Assembly: GCA_964370855.1 (NCBI GenBank)
Contig: CAYJMF010000001.1
Coordinates: 133,167 to 197,166, forward strand
DNA: 64,000 nucleotides
Direction of reading: 5' to 3'
Source of the DNA: an uncultured Planctomycetota bacterium
GTDB taxonomy: Bacteria; Planctomycetota; JAJSAM01; JAKLKS01
Shown: in pieces, positions 27,470 through 36,163 of the stretch
How the letters are laid out: each line of letters starts with the position of its first letter
Position numbering within the stretch: the first letter of the stretch is position 1
Translations under genes and position numbers: made by a program
Notes under the pieces: generated by a model
Databases searched by the model: none
Seen by the model: the letters and a program-made list of their open reading frames with translations, nothing else
What the model was told of the DNA's origin: nothing

Positions 27470-28672
27470 ATGGGAATCACCTCCTCCCGGATGGCGGCGC
27501 TGGCCATTCCCCTGCTCCTCCTCGCGGCCTGCTCGACGGGGAGCGCCTTCACCGCCGCCGCGGCGCCGCCGCGGGGGACGCCCGGGGAGACGGGCATCTC
27601 CTTCTTCCACGAGGGAGCGGAGGTCGCCCTCGAGGAGGGCGTCCCTCCCGGACTCCGGACCCTCCCCCCCGACCTCGGCCCCCGGCCCCGGGGAGTCCTC
27701 CTGCCCACGCCCCTCGGACGGTACGCGGTCCTCGTGGACGCGGCGGATCCCGCCCGGCCGCCGCGGATGTGGGTGGACGCGGCGGGGGACGGCGACCTCG
27801 CCGCCGACGCGCCGCTGTCCGGGGAGTGGCACGAGGGCAGGACGGCCTACGTCTCCGGGGAGGCGATTCTCCGTCTGCCGGCGCCCGGCGCGGGGACCCG
27901 CGGTTTCCCCCTCCACCTCTCCTGCCGCGTTCCCCTCGACGGGCCGGCGACCCTCGAGGTCGTGGCGGCGGAGTGGCTCCTCGGGCGCGTCCCCCTCGGG
28001 GGGCGGGAGTTCCCCTTCGCCCTCCGCGACGCCGACGGGGACGGGGACTACTCGCGGATCGCGGGCGTCGAGATCGGGTTCGATCGGGACGGGGACGGCG
28101 TCATCGACGGCGGCCGGGAGTTCGGGGAGTGCTACGCCGCCGACGGTCGCTTCGACCTCGGGACCGGCACGTTCCGGATCTCCTCCATCGCGGAGGACGG
28201 TTCGGCGGTGACCTTCGAGCCGGCCTGGCCGGCCGCGGCGGTGCGGCCCTTCCTCGGGGTCGGCGACCCGGCGCCCCCCATCCCGGGGACCGACCTCGAC
28301 GGCCGCCCCATCTCCCTCGAGGAGTACCGTGGCCGCACCGTGCTCCTCCTCTTCTGGGCGGAGTGGTGAGGACCGTGCGTCGGGGAGATCCGTGAGATCT
28401 CCGGGGACAGGGAGGCCATCGAGAAGGCGTTGGGCGGAGTCGTCGTCGGAGTCTGTCTCGACGAGGACGCCGCCAGGGCGCGCGCCTTCCTCGCCGCGGA
28501 GGGGAACCCCTTCCGCTCCGCCTTCAACGGCGGCTTCTGGAACGGGACCGTGGCGCGCGCCTACGGCGTCCAGGCGATCCCGAGGAGCTTCCTCATCGGC
28601 CCCGACGGGAGGATCCTCCGGCGGGAGGTGTTCCCGTCGATGCTCCTCGAGGAGGCGGGGGCCGGGCGCTGA
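27470..28672 (+). CDS. Lipoprotein with C-terminal TlpA/ResA-like thioredoxin fold; in-frame TGA (28367-28369) at the first Cys of CxxC (selenocysteine candidate, or pseudogene)
   Basis: ORF 26726..28369 and ORF 28430..28672 are in the same frame and separated only by TGA. Read-through gives 'GRTVLLLFWAEW-U-GPCVGEIREI..VVVGVCLDED..GVQAIPRSFLIGPDGRI', a complete TlpA-like domain whose WCxPC motif has TGA at the first Cys. Start ATG 27470 has AAGGGAG upstream (alternative ATG 27443 overlaps the plsC-like stop). Lipobox 'LLLLAAC'. Confidence 0.6.
28379..28408 (+). other. SECIS-like hairpin downstream of the in-frame UGA
   Basis: Lower stem gtc/gac (28379-81 / 28406-08), internal loop, 7-bp upper stem ggagatc/gatctcc (28384-90 / 28396-402), apical loop cGUga. 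The loop lies 22-26 nt after the UGA and contains GU, as in bacterial SECIS models. Confidence 0.4.
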
Positions 28673-28723
28673 CGGAATCCCGGCGTGGAGCCGCGCCCGC
28701 CCCCGGTGTACCCTCCTCCTCGC

Positions 28724-30214
28724 ATGCGTTCCTCCTCCCTCCAGGCCCTCCGCGCCCTCCTCGCCGTCGCCATGGCGGCGCTCTTCTACGCCATCGTCCT
28801 CGGGGTCCTCGCGCTCGTGGTCCGCCACCTCGTCGGGAAGTGGAGTTCCCCGTCCGGGTTCGACATGGACTACGGCGACTTCCTCCTGACCCTCAGCGCG
28901 CTGGCGATCCCCTGGGCGCTCTGGCCGCGGCGGGACGAGTTCATTCCGCCCGGTCCCCGGCTGGAGCCGGCGGCCCACCCCGCGCTCTTCCGGATGCTCG
29001 AGGAGGTGGCCGCCGCCGCGGGCCAGCCGATGCCGGAGGAGGTCTACCTCATGGGCGACTTCAACGCATGGGTGCGGGAGGCGGAGGGGCCCGCCCGGGG
29101 GCGGAGCCGATCGGTCATGGCCATCGGATACCCCCTCTTCCTCGCGCTCCCGCCGGCGCCGCTCCGCGCCATCCTGGCCCACGAGTTCGGCCACTACCAC
29201 GGGGGCGACACCCGGAACGCCCTCCGCTTCTACCGGGTGGACCGGGTGCTCGTGCGGACGGTGAACGGGCTGCGCTTCTTCAGCGGATACGTCTGGCTGC
29301 CCTTCTGGCTCTATTACCGCCTGTTCCGCACGGTCACCATGGCCGTCTCCCGCCGCCAGGAGCTCGCGGCGGACCGGCTCGCCGCCTCCATCGCCGGGCC
29401 GGAGGCGATGGGCACGGGGCTCTCCGCACTGCACTCCCTGGCACCCCCCTCCAACGGGTTCTGGGAATCCGACATGAAGGCCATCCTCGACGCCGGCGTC
29501 CGGCCGCCGCTCCTCGAGGGGCTCCGCAGGGCGCTCCGCAATCCCCTGCTCCGGAAGGCGGCGGAGGACTGCCTGGCGGAGGCGCGCACGGTGCGCCGGG
29601 CGAAGCTGACCGACTCCCACCCGACCCTTCCGCAGCGCCTCGCCGCCCTCGGCGTGGCGGCGGAGCCGACGGTCCCCTCCGGGGAGGAGGATTCCGCGGC
29701 GCTCCTCGGCCCGGTGGACCACCTCGAGGACGCCCTCCTCGGGAAGCGGGACCGGGGGAAGCTCGAGGCCGTCCCCTGGGAGGAGGTCGGCGAGCGGGTC
29801 GAGATCCCGGAACTGCGGAAACTGGTGGCCAGGAACCGCCGCGCGCTGCGCGGCCTCACCCCGAGCGACATGCCGACGCGGAAGAGGGACGTCAAGCGGA
29901 TCGCGAGGAGGACGAAGGCGGGTTGGCCGGGCCTCCTCGACCACAACGTGCGGAAGCACACGGCCTCCCTCGTCCTCGGGGGCGCCCTCCTCCTCCTCCT
30001 GCGGGAGAAGGGGTGGACCTTCGAGTGGTACCCGGGCGAGCCCCTCGTGTGCCACCGGGACGGGGTCCGCGTCCACCCCTACCGGGTCGTGGACGACCTC
30101 ATCGACGGCACCCTCCCGCTCGAAGAGTGGCTCCGCACCGCCGAGTCCATCGGCATCGCCCACGAGAGCCTGGAGGCGGTGGCGGCGCGGGCGGCGCAGG
30201 GGAAGGCGGGGTGA
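28724..30214 (+). CDS. M48-family (HtpX-like) membrane zinc metallopeptidase
   Basis: Start taken at ATG 28724 (MRSSSLQALRALLAVAMAALFYAIVLGVLALVV, TM); ORF start 28685 is also possible. Zinc motif 'ILAHEFGHYHGGD' with downstream 'QELAADRLA'. Long C-terminal extension. Confidence 0.8.
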   Translation: MRSSSLQALRALLAVAMAALFYAIVLGVLALVVRHLVGKWSSPSGFDMDYGDFLLTLSALAIPWALWPRRDEFIPPGPRLEPAAHPALFRMLEEVAAAAGQPMPEEVYLMGDFNAWVREAEGPARGRSRSVMAIGYPLFLALPPAPLRAILAHEFGHYHGGDTRNALRFYRVDRVLVRTVNGLRFFSGYVWLPFWLYYRLFRTVTMAVSRRQELAADRLAASIAGPEAMGTGLSALHSLAPPSNGFWESDMKAILDAGVRPPLLEGLRRALRNPLLRKAAEDCLAEARTVRRAKLTDSHPTLPQRLAALGVAAEPTVPSGEEDSAALLGPVDHLEDALLGKRDRGKLEAVPWEEVGERVEIPELRKLVARNRRALRGLTPSDMPTRKRDVKRIARRTKAGWPGLLDHNVRKHTASLVLGGALLLLLREKGWTFEWYPGEPLVCHRDGVRVHPYRVVDDLIDGTLPLEEWLRTAESIGIAHESLEAVAARAAQGKAG

Positions 30215-30241
30215 TGAGGGACCGGAGGGGGCCCCCGCTCC

Positions 30242-32059
30242 CTACTTCCCCGCCTTCCCGCCCCACTCGATCCACTCCTTCTCCAGGTCGGCGAGCTTGA
30301 CGCCGAGGGCCTCCTCGAGGGCCGCCGCGCGCCCGGCCGGTTCCACGGGGGTGCGGGCGATCTTCGGCAGCACCTCCCTCCACTTCTCCGAGCGGGGGCC
30401 GCGGGAGACGAAGGCGTAGAAGGCGCCCGCCTGCAGGAAGAGCGCCTCCGAGGTCCCGGCGCCGCCGGAGGCGTCGTCGCGGGCGTAGAGGTCGGGGATC
30501 GCCACGAACTCCGCGAGCGGGACGAACGTTCCCGTGCGCAGGTTCGGCGCGAACTCCGCCGCCGCGTCCCCCTTCTCCCAGGCCCTCTCCACGAGGACCG
30601 CCATCCCCTCCTGCAGCCAGGAGCCCCCCTCCTTCCCGCGGCCCCGGTGGAAGAGGGAGTGGACCAGCTCGTGGACCATCTGCGAATCCTCCGGCGCGCG
30701 GTAGGAGAGGACGATGCCGCGGGCGTTGCCGACGGCCGTGAGGCGCGCCGCCGCCCCCTCCGACCACCGCCACTCCCGCACGAGGAACTTCTTCAGCGTC
30801 TCCGGGTTCTGGAAGCAGTAGACGGGGATCGCCCGGTCGAGCTCGGGGAGCGCGAGGAGCTTCCGGGCGAACTCGTGGGCCTTCTCCAGCCCCGCGGGGA
30901 GCTTCGCCGCGGCGGCCGAGGAATCGGTGTAGAGATCGAAGTGGGCCGAGGGGCGGTGCATCCCCTTTCCGGCCTTCCTGTCCCCGAAGAGCATCCGGCA
31001 GACCTCCTCCTCGGAGAGGGTCCACCCCCCCTTGCCGCGGACGAGCTCGACGTCGTCGAGGAGGAGCACCCCCTTCACGGGCTTGAAGACGAAGATGCCG
31101 AGGTCCTCGCACCGGTCGGCGTCGAAGCTCCCCTGCTCGCGCATCTTCGGGATCTGGATCTCCACGGTCTGCCACTTCCGGCCCGGCTTCGGCACCTGCT
31201 CGGTGAGCGCGTTGGTGAATCCCGTCTGCAGCTTCACCTCCAGGGGCTGCGAGTCGTCGCCCTCGGCCCGGACCTTGAACCGGATGGTCCGGTAGTCGCG
31301 CAGGTTCCTCGGCAGGTCGAGGAAGTAGAGGGCCGCGGGGTCCGTCGTCCCGTCGATCTCCCAGCGCAGCACCGCCTTCTTCTTCTCGGGAACGGCGGCG
31401 ATGGTCCCCCCCTTGAAGTCGATGCGGTCGCCGACGGCGGGGTCCTCGAAGTCGTCGAGGACCCAGGCCGGCTCCATCTCCCGCGCCCGCCGCTCCGGGG
31501 AGATCTCCGTGGTCCGCTCGAGGACGACGTCGTCCACGAGGTACTCCCCCTTCCCCGGCTTCAGCAGGGTGAGGTCGATGCGGACGACCTTCGCGGGATC
31601 GTAGGCGCCCCTCACCGGCGTGCGGGCGAGGTCCACGGCGAAGGTCGTCCACTTCTCCGTGATGCCGGGGATGCGGAGGTAGGTCTCGTCCGTCGTCGTC
31701 GTGAAGACGCGGAGGTAGACCATCCCCGCTCCCGGGCCCTCGCGGCGGATGCGGAAGCGGACGCACTTCCAGGGGGAGAAGTCGGCGGGGAGGTTCTTGA
31801 ACTGGAGGGCCGCCTCCTCCCCGTTCCCCGGCAGGGTCCAGCGGGCCACGCGCCCGGGGCCGTCGTCGGGGTCCGGGACGGACCGGTACCCGCAGCCCTT
31901 GATGAGGATCTTCGCGTCGAGGGCGGGATCCTCGAAGTCGGCGACGACGAACCGCTCCCCGTCCGGGGGGTCGCCGTCCCCCGCGGGGGATGCAGGGGGC
32001 GTGGCCGCCAGCACCGCAAGCGCCGCCGCCGCCGCGAAACGAAGCATCGCGATCCTCAT
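30242..32059 (-). CDS. Secreted protein: two CBM/jelly-roll-like modules + C-terminal HExxH domain (DUF1570 / peptidase-MA-like, tentative)
   Basis: ATG 32059. Signal peptide MRIAMLRFAAAAALAVLAA. Duplicated 'DFEDPA..(I/D)..KG..' modules. C-terminal 'MVHELVHSLFH' (HExxH) followed by 'WLQEGMAVLVE', as in DUF1570-type proteins. Confidence 0.7.
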   Translation of the reverse strand: MRIAMLRFAAAAALAVLAATPPASPAGDGDPPDGERFVVADFEDPALDAKILIKGCGYRSVPDPDDGPGRVARWTLPGNGEEAALQFKNLPADFSPWKCVRFRIRREGPGAGMVYLRVFTTTTDETYLRIPGITEKWTTFAVDLARTPVRGAYDPAKVVRIDLTLLKPGKGEYLVDDVVLERTTEISPERRAREMEPAWVLDDFEDPAVGDRIDFKGGTIAAVPEKKKAVLRWEIDGTTDPAALYFLDLPRNLRDYRTIRFKVRAEGDDSQPLEVKLQTGFTNALTEQVPKPGRKWQTVEIQIPKMREQGSFDADRCEDLGIFVFKPVKGVLLLDDVELVRGKGGWTLSEEEVCRMLFGDRKAGKGMHRPSAHFDLYTDSSAAAAKLPAGLEKAHEFARKLLALPELDRAIPVYCFQNPETLKKFLVREWRWSEGAAARLTAVGNARGIVLSYRAPEDSQMVHELVHSLFHRGRGKEGGSWLQEGMAVLVERAWEKGDAAAEFAPNLRTGTFVPLAEFVAIPDLYARDDASGGAGTSEALFLQAGAFYAFVSRGPRSEKWREVLPKIARTPVEPAGRAAALEEALGVKLADLEKEWIEWGGKAGK

Positions 32060-32157
32060 GGAGGCCTCCTCCCTTCGACATCGTGGAGATTAGGGGGAAT
32101 GCCCCCGGGGATCGAGGGCGAACCGGGGACCGGCGTGACCGGAGACGGGGATCCATT

Positions 32158-32174
32158 GTATCCCCTTATGATAC
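32158..32174. repeat. GTATC-N7-GATAC palindrome, copy d
   Basis: GTATC cccttat GATAC. It lies 28 nt past the stop of the sigma-fusion gene (32202) and about 100 nt upstream of the ATG of 30242..32059. On the minus strand it overlaps a TACAAT hexamer (32155-32160). Coordinates were checked against codons of ORF 32056..32628(-). Confidence 0.6.
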
Positions 32175-32201
32175 ACTTGACGCTATCGACGACGCCCCCC
32201 C

Positions 32202-35200
32202 CTACTCCCCCGGCACCGCGAGCACGAGCCCCTCCGCCGGCGCCGCCACCTTCCCGAGGTCCACGGTCCGCGACCCGAGGTGCAGGGCCAGCGAGTGCTC
32301 CCCTGGACGGATCCCCCGGATGAGGAACGTGCCGCCATCGCCGAGGCGCGCCGACGCGCTCCACCCGTCGACGCGGAGCGTCCCCTCGCGGAGCGGCTTC
32401 CCGGCGGCGTCCACGACCGTCCCCGAGAGGACCGCCCCCCGCGCGAGCGCGAGGACGACCTCCGAAGCCCCGGCGGCGACGGGTTCCGCCGTCCGGGCCG
32501 AAAGGAAGTCGGTCGGCGGCCCCCCGGCGGAGAGGTCGTAGGGGCCGGGCGCCAGCCCCTCCAGGCGGAAGACCCCCCGCCCGTCGGTGGTCGCGAGGAC
32601 CGTCTTCCCCGGCTCCGGCCACGGCCACATCGAGCGGAGGTCGCGGGCGTACCCCGTGACGGCGATGCCCGGGATCGGCGCCCCCTCCCCGTCCACGACG
32701 CGGCCCTCCAGCGCCCCCCCCTTCGCCACGGTGATCACGAGGTCCGTCGTCCCCGGCCGCACCCCGCGGGCCGCGCCGCCGAGGAGGCCGGGGCGGCCGT
32801 GGACCACGAGGTCGTAGACCTTCCCCTCATCGAGGGGCGGCGTGACGAAGGAGCCGTCCTCCTCCCAGAGCCCCATTCCCGAGGAGAAGCCGCTCCCGTC
32901 GGCGTTCACGCCCCGCAGGTCGAACCCGCTGCTGCCCCGGGGGAGCGGGCTCCCGTCCTCGAGGAGGAGGCGGCCGCGGATGACGAGGGAGCGCCCGGGC
33001 CGGACGACGAGGTCCGTCGTCCCCGCGGCGACGGCGGGGACCCGCACCGGGGCGAGCCCGCCGCGGGGATCCACCTGGAGCACGTATTCCCCCGCGGGGA
33101 GGCCGCGGAAACGGAAGGCGCCGTCGAGACCGATGTCCGCGCGCTGGAAGACCCCCGGCCCGTTGAGGGTGACCATCCCCCCCGCCGCGGGGCGGTCCTC
33201 CCCGTCGAGGACCCGCCCGGCGATGGGGAGTCCGCGCCGCAGGAGCAGGCGCACCTCCCCGCTCCCCGCCGGCACGCCCGCGACCTTCACCGGCTCGAAC
33301 TCCCCCGTCGGCCCCGGATCGGAGATGCGGCCCGTGCAGACGTCGTACTTCACGTCCTCGAGCCCGTCGATGCGGAAGCGGCCCGCGCCGTCGGTCAGCG
33401 TCTCGCGGAGCCGGATGACGCCGCCCAGGAACAGGGAGCGGTTCGCCCAGACGAGGATCCCGGCGACGGGCTTCCCCGTCTCCTCCTCGACGGCGACGCC
33501 GGAGAGGGAGAGGGAATTCTCCAGGGCGAACACCTGCTCCTCCGCCCCGGGCGGGACTTCTCGAGAGGATTCGACGAAGCCCGGCGCCTCCACTTCGACG
33601 AAGGTCTCCTCCCGCGCGAGCCCGCCCACGGTGAACCTCCCCTCCCCGTCGGTGACGGCGTCCAAGGGGCCGTCCGTCTCCCGCCGTCGGGCGGGCATCG
33701 CCCGCACCGTCGCGCCGGGCACCGGCGCCCCCGCGCCGTCCACCGCCCGCCCCGCCAGCGTCCAGCCCACCTCGAGAACGAGATCTAGTTCCGTCCGCTC
33801 CTCCCCCTCCCCGAGCCCCTCGACGGCGGACCGGGCCGGGGGGCAGCCCTCGGCCCGAGCCTCGAGGGAGTGATCCCCCGCGGGCAATCCCTCGAAGCGG
33901 AAGGCGCCGTCCTCCCCGACGGCGGCGATGCGCTCCACCCGGTCCGGGGAGTACGCGCGGACGAAGGGGGCGGAGAGCGCCGCCCCGTCGGCGCGCCGGA
34001 CCCGGCCCGCGAGGCAGGAGGTGGAGGGTCGGGGCGGATCCTCCGCGTCGAGCACGACGTCGGCCAGGGTCCCGCCCCCGGCGGGCACCTCGACGCGGCA
34101 GGATTCCGGCACCTGCCCGCTGCGGAGGGCGGCCCAGGGATCCGCCGGCGTGGCCGTGTGGACGAGGCCCGGCGCGCGGACGCGGATCAGCGCCGCGCCG
34201 GCCAGGGCCCGGATCCCGTAGCGGCCCTCGGGCCCCGTGACGCCCGCCGGGGCGGCGATGTTGGCGGGCGCCGCGCCGGCGGCGGGAATCGGATGAAGGT
34301 CCACCACGGCGCCGGCCACGGGGGTGCCGTCCCGCCGGAGCACGCGGCCGTCCACGACCGCTCCCCGCCGGAGCCGGACCTCGACGCGCAGCCGATCCCC
34401 GGAGGCGAAGCGGTAGTGCGGGGGGAAGACGGCCGCGGTCCACAGGAAGTCGCGGAGGAACCCCGCCGCCTCCACCTCCAGCACGTAGGGGAGCGAGGGG
34501 GGGATGCCCTCCACCAGGAACTCTCCATCGCTCCCCGACGCGACTTCACGGCCGAAGGAGGCCGACCGCTGCATCCCGGAGACGATGGTCGCATGGAAGA
34601 AGACGCTCGCCCCGGGGACCGGGGCCCCCGTGGCGTCGTCCACGACCCGCCCCTCGAGGACGCAGCCCCCCTCGAGACGCAGGTCGAGGTTCCGCGGTCC
34701 GGGGACGCGGACGAAGGCGATGGCCCGGTGAAGCGCGCCCCCGGCGCGCACCGAGATCTCGTGGCTGCCCGGGGGGAGGCCCTCGAGCCGGTAGCGTCCC
34801 GCCCCGTCGGCCGTCGCGGCGCAGCCCCCGCCGAGGACCACGGCCCCCGGGAGCGGCGCCCCGTCGGGGCCGAGGACCGCGCCCTCGAGCGTGGAGGAGG
34901 AGAGGAGCACCACGGTGCGGGCCGCCTCCTCGCCTGCGCGGTCGATGCGGAGTTCCTCCTCGTGGATCCCGAATGCCGCCGCCGTCACGCGGAGGCGAAA
35001 GGCGCCGGGCGGGATCCCCGCGAGGACGGCGGCGCCGTCGGCTCCGCTCACCGCCGCCGCCGTCGCGGGCGTCCCGCCGGGAATCGGTTCCCGGAACTGC
35101 TGGCGCCAGGAGTTGTCCTCGATGCGAAGCGGCCGGGGCTCCACGGCGACCCGGGCCAGGCCCACGGGTCGGCCCGCGCCATCGATCACGCGGACCGCGA

Positions 35201-36101
35201 GGCGGGCCCCGGCGACGGGGGGGGCGACGGCCCCCCCCGTCGTATCCGTCGGCGCGGGATCGGCCGGCCCTGCTGGGCGGCCGTGCGCCCTCGGGGTGCT
35301 ACCGCCGCTCACCGTCGCGGGGACCGGAGGCTCCCCGGTGCTCAGCGCCCACCACCCGGCGGTGCCGAGCAGGATCAGCGCCGCCGCGACGGCGGCCGTG
35401 CCCTTCTTCGCCATGAGGAGTCCTCCCGCCGCCGCCGCCGCCGATGCGCCCGCACCCCCCGCCGCCACCGGCACGGGGACCCGCCGAAGAAGTTCCTTCC
35501 GCACCGCGTCCAGCCCCCGCGGGACCCGCGCCCCGAAGAGGAAGGCCGGCAGCACGCCCATCCCGACGCGCAGTTTCTCCACGGCCCGGTGGAGGAGGGA
35601 GCGCACAGTCCCCGGCGGCTCGCCGCGGATGTGGGCGATCTCCCCCGGCTCGAGGCCGTACCGCCACCGCATGAGGGCGACGGCGCGGTAGGGCTCGGGG
35701 AGGGAGTCGAGGGCCTCGCGGACCTTTCCCTCCAGCTCCCTCCGCTCCGCCTCGTCGGCGGGATCCGCCGGGAGGAGGCGCGGCTCGATGCGGAGGGGGT
35801 CCACGGTCCGCCCCCCCCGCCACCGCTCCCGCCCCACCTTGTGGCGGAGGATCCCGAGGAGCCACGGCATCACCGGGAGCGCGGGGTCGTACCGGTCGGC
35901 CTGCTCCAGGGCCGCGAGGAAGGTCTCCTGGAGGGCGTCCTCCGCCGAGGCGGCGTCCCGGGAGAGGGAGAGGGCGACCCGGAAGAGGACCGGCGCCGTC
36001 GCGTCGAAGAGCGCGCCGAGGGCGGCCGGCTCCCCGGTCGAGCGGAAGCGGGCGAGGAGGTGCTCGGGCGCGGTCGTGCCGACCGGTGTCGGGGGAGGCA
36101 T
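32202..36101 (-). CDS. ECF sigma factor fused via a TM helix to a ~1,045-aa CarboxypepD_reg-like repeat ectodomain
   Basis: ATG 36101 (residue 127 of ORF 32202..36479). Region 2 'EDALQETFLAALEQADRYD..MPWLLGILRHKV', region 4 'PEPYRAVALMRWRYGLEPGEIAHIRGEPPGTVRSLLHRAVEKLR', TM 'GTAAVAAALILLGTAGWWAL' (aa ~234-253), then repeats. It ends '..DLGKVAAPAEGLVLAVPGE'. Confidence 0.85.
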   Translation of the reverse strand: MPPPTPVGTTAPEHLLARFRSTGEPAALGALFDATAPVLFRVALSLSRDAASAEDALQETFLAALEQADRYDPALPVMPWLLGILRHKVGRERWRGGRTVDPLRIEPRLLPADPADEAERRELEGKVREALDSLPEPYRAVALMRWRYGLEPGEIAHIRGEPPGTVRSLLHRAVEKLRVGMGVLPAFLFGARVPRGLDAVRKELLRRVPVPVAAGGAGASAAAAAGGLLMAKKGTAAVAAALILLGTAGWWALSTGEPPVPATVSGGSTPRAHGRPAGPADPAPTDTTGGAVAPPVAGARLAVRVIDGAGRPVGLARVAVEPRPLRIEDNSWRQQFREPIPGGTPATAAAVSGADGAAVLAGIPPGAFRLRVTAAAFGIHEEELRIDRAGEEAARTVVLLSSSTLEGAVLGPDGAPLPGAVVLGGGCAATADGAGRYRLEGLPPGSHEISVRAGGALHRAIAFVRVPGPRNLDLRLEGGCVLEGRVVDDATGAPVPGASVFFHATIVSGMQRSASFGREVASGSDGEFLVEGIPPSLPYVLEVEAAGFLRDFLWTAAVFPPHYRFASGDRLRVEVRLRRGAVVDGRVLRRDGTPVAGAVVDLHPIPAAGAAPANIAAPAGVTGPEGRYGIRALAGAALIRVRAPGLVHTATPADPWAALRSGQVPESCRVEVPAGGGTLADVVLDAEDPPRPSTSCLAGRVRRADGAALSAPFVRAYSPDRVERIAAVGEDGAFRFEGLPAGDHSLEARAEGCPPARSAVEGLGEGEERTELDLVLEVGWTLAGRAVDGAGAPVPGATVRAMPARRRETDGPLDAVTDGEGRFTVGGLAREETFVEVEAPGFVESSREVPPGAEEQVFALENSLSLSGVAVEEETGKPVAGILVWANRSLFLGGVIRLRETLTDGAGRFRIDGLEDVKYDVCTGRISDPGPTGEFEPVKVAGVPAGSGEVRLLLRRGLPIAGRVLDGEDRPAAGGMVTLNGPGVFQRADIGLDGAFRFRGLPAGEYVLQVDPRGGLAPVRVPAVAAGTTDLVVRPGRSLVIRGRLLLEDGSPLPRGSSGFDLRGVNADGSGFSSGMGLWEEDGSFVTPPLDEGKVYDLVVHGRPGLLGGAARGVRPGTTDLVITVAKGGALEGRVVDGEGAPIPGIAVTGYARDLRSMWPWPEPGKTVLATTDGRGVFRLEGLAPGPYDLSAGGPPTDFLSARTAEPVAAGASEVVLALARGAVLSGTVVDAAGKPLREGTLRVDGWSASARLGDGGTFLIRGIRPGEHSLALHLGSRTVDLGKVAAPAEGLVLAVPGE

Positions 36102-36163
36102 GCACAGAGAGTTACAGGAAGGAAGGGTCCGCGTTGCACGGGATCCCCGGATTCCCGGCGCGC

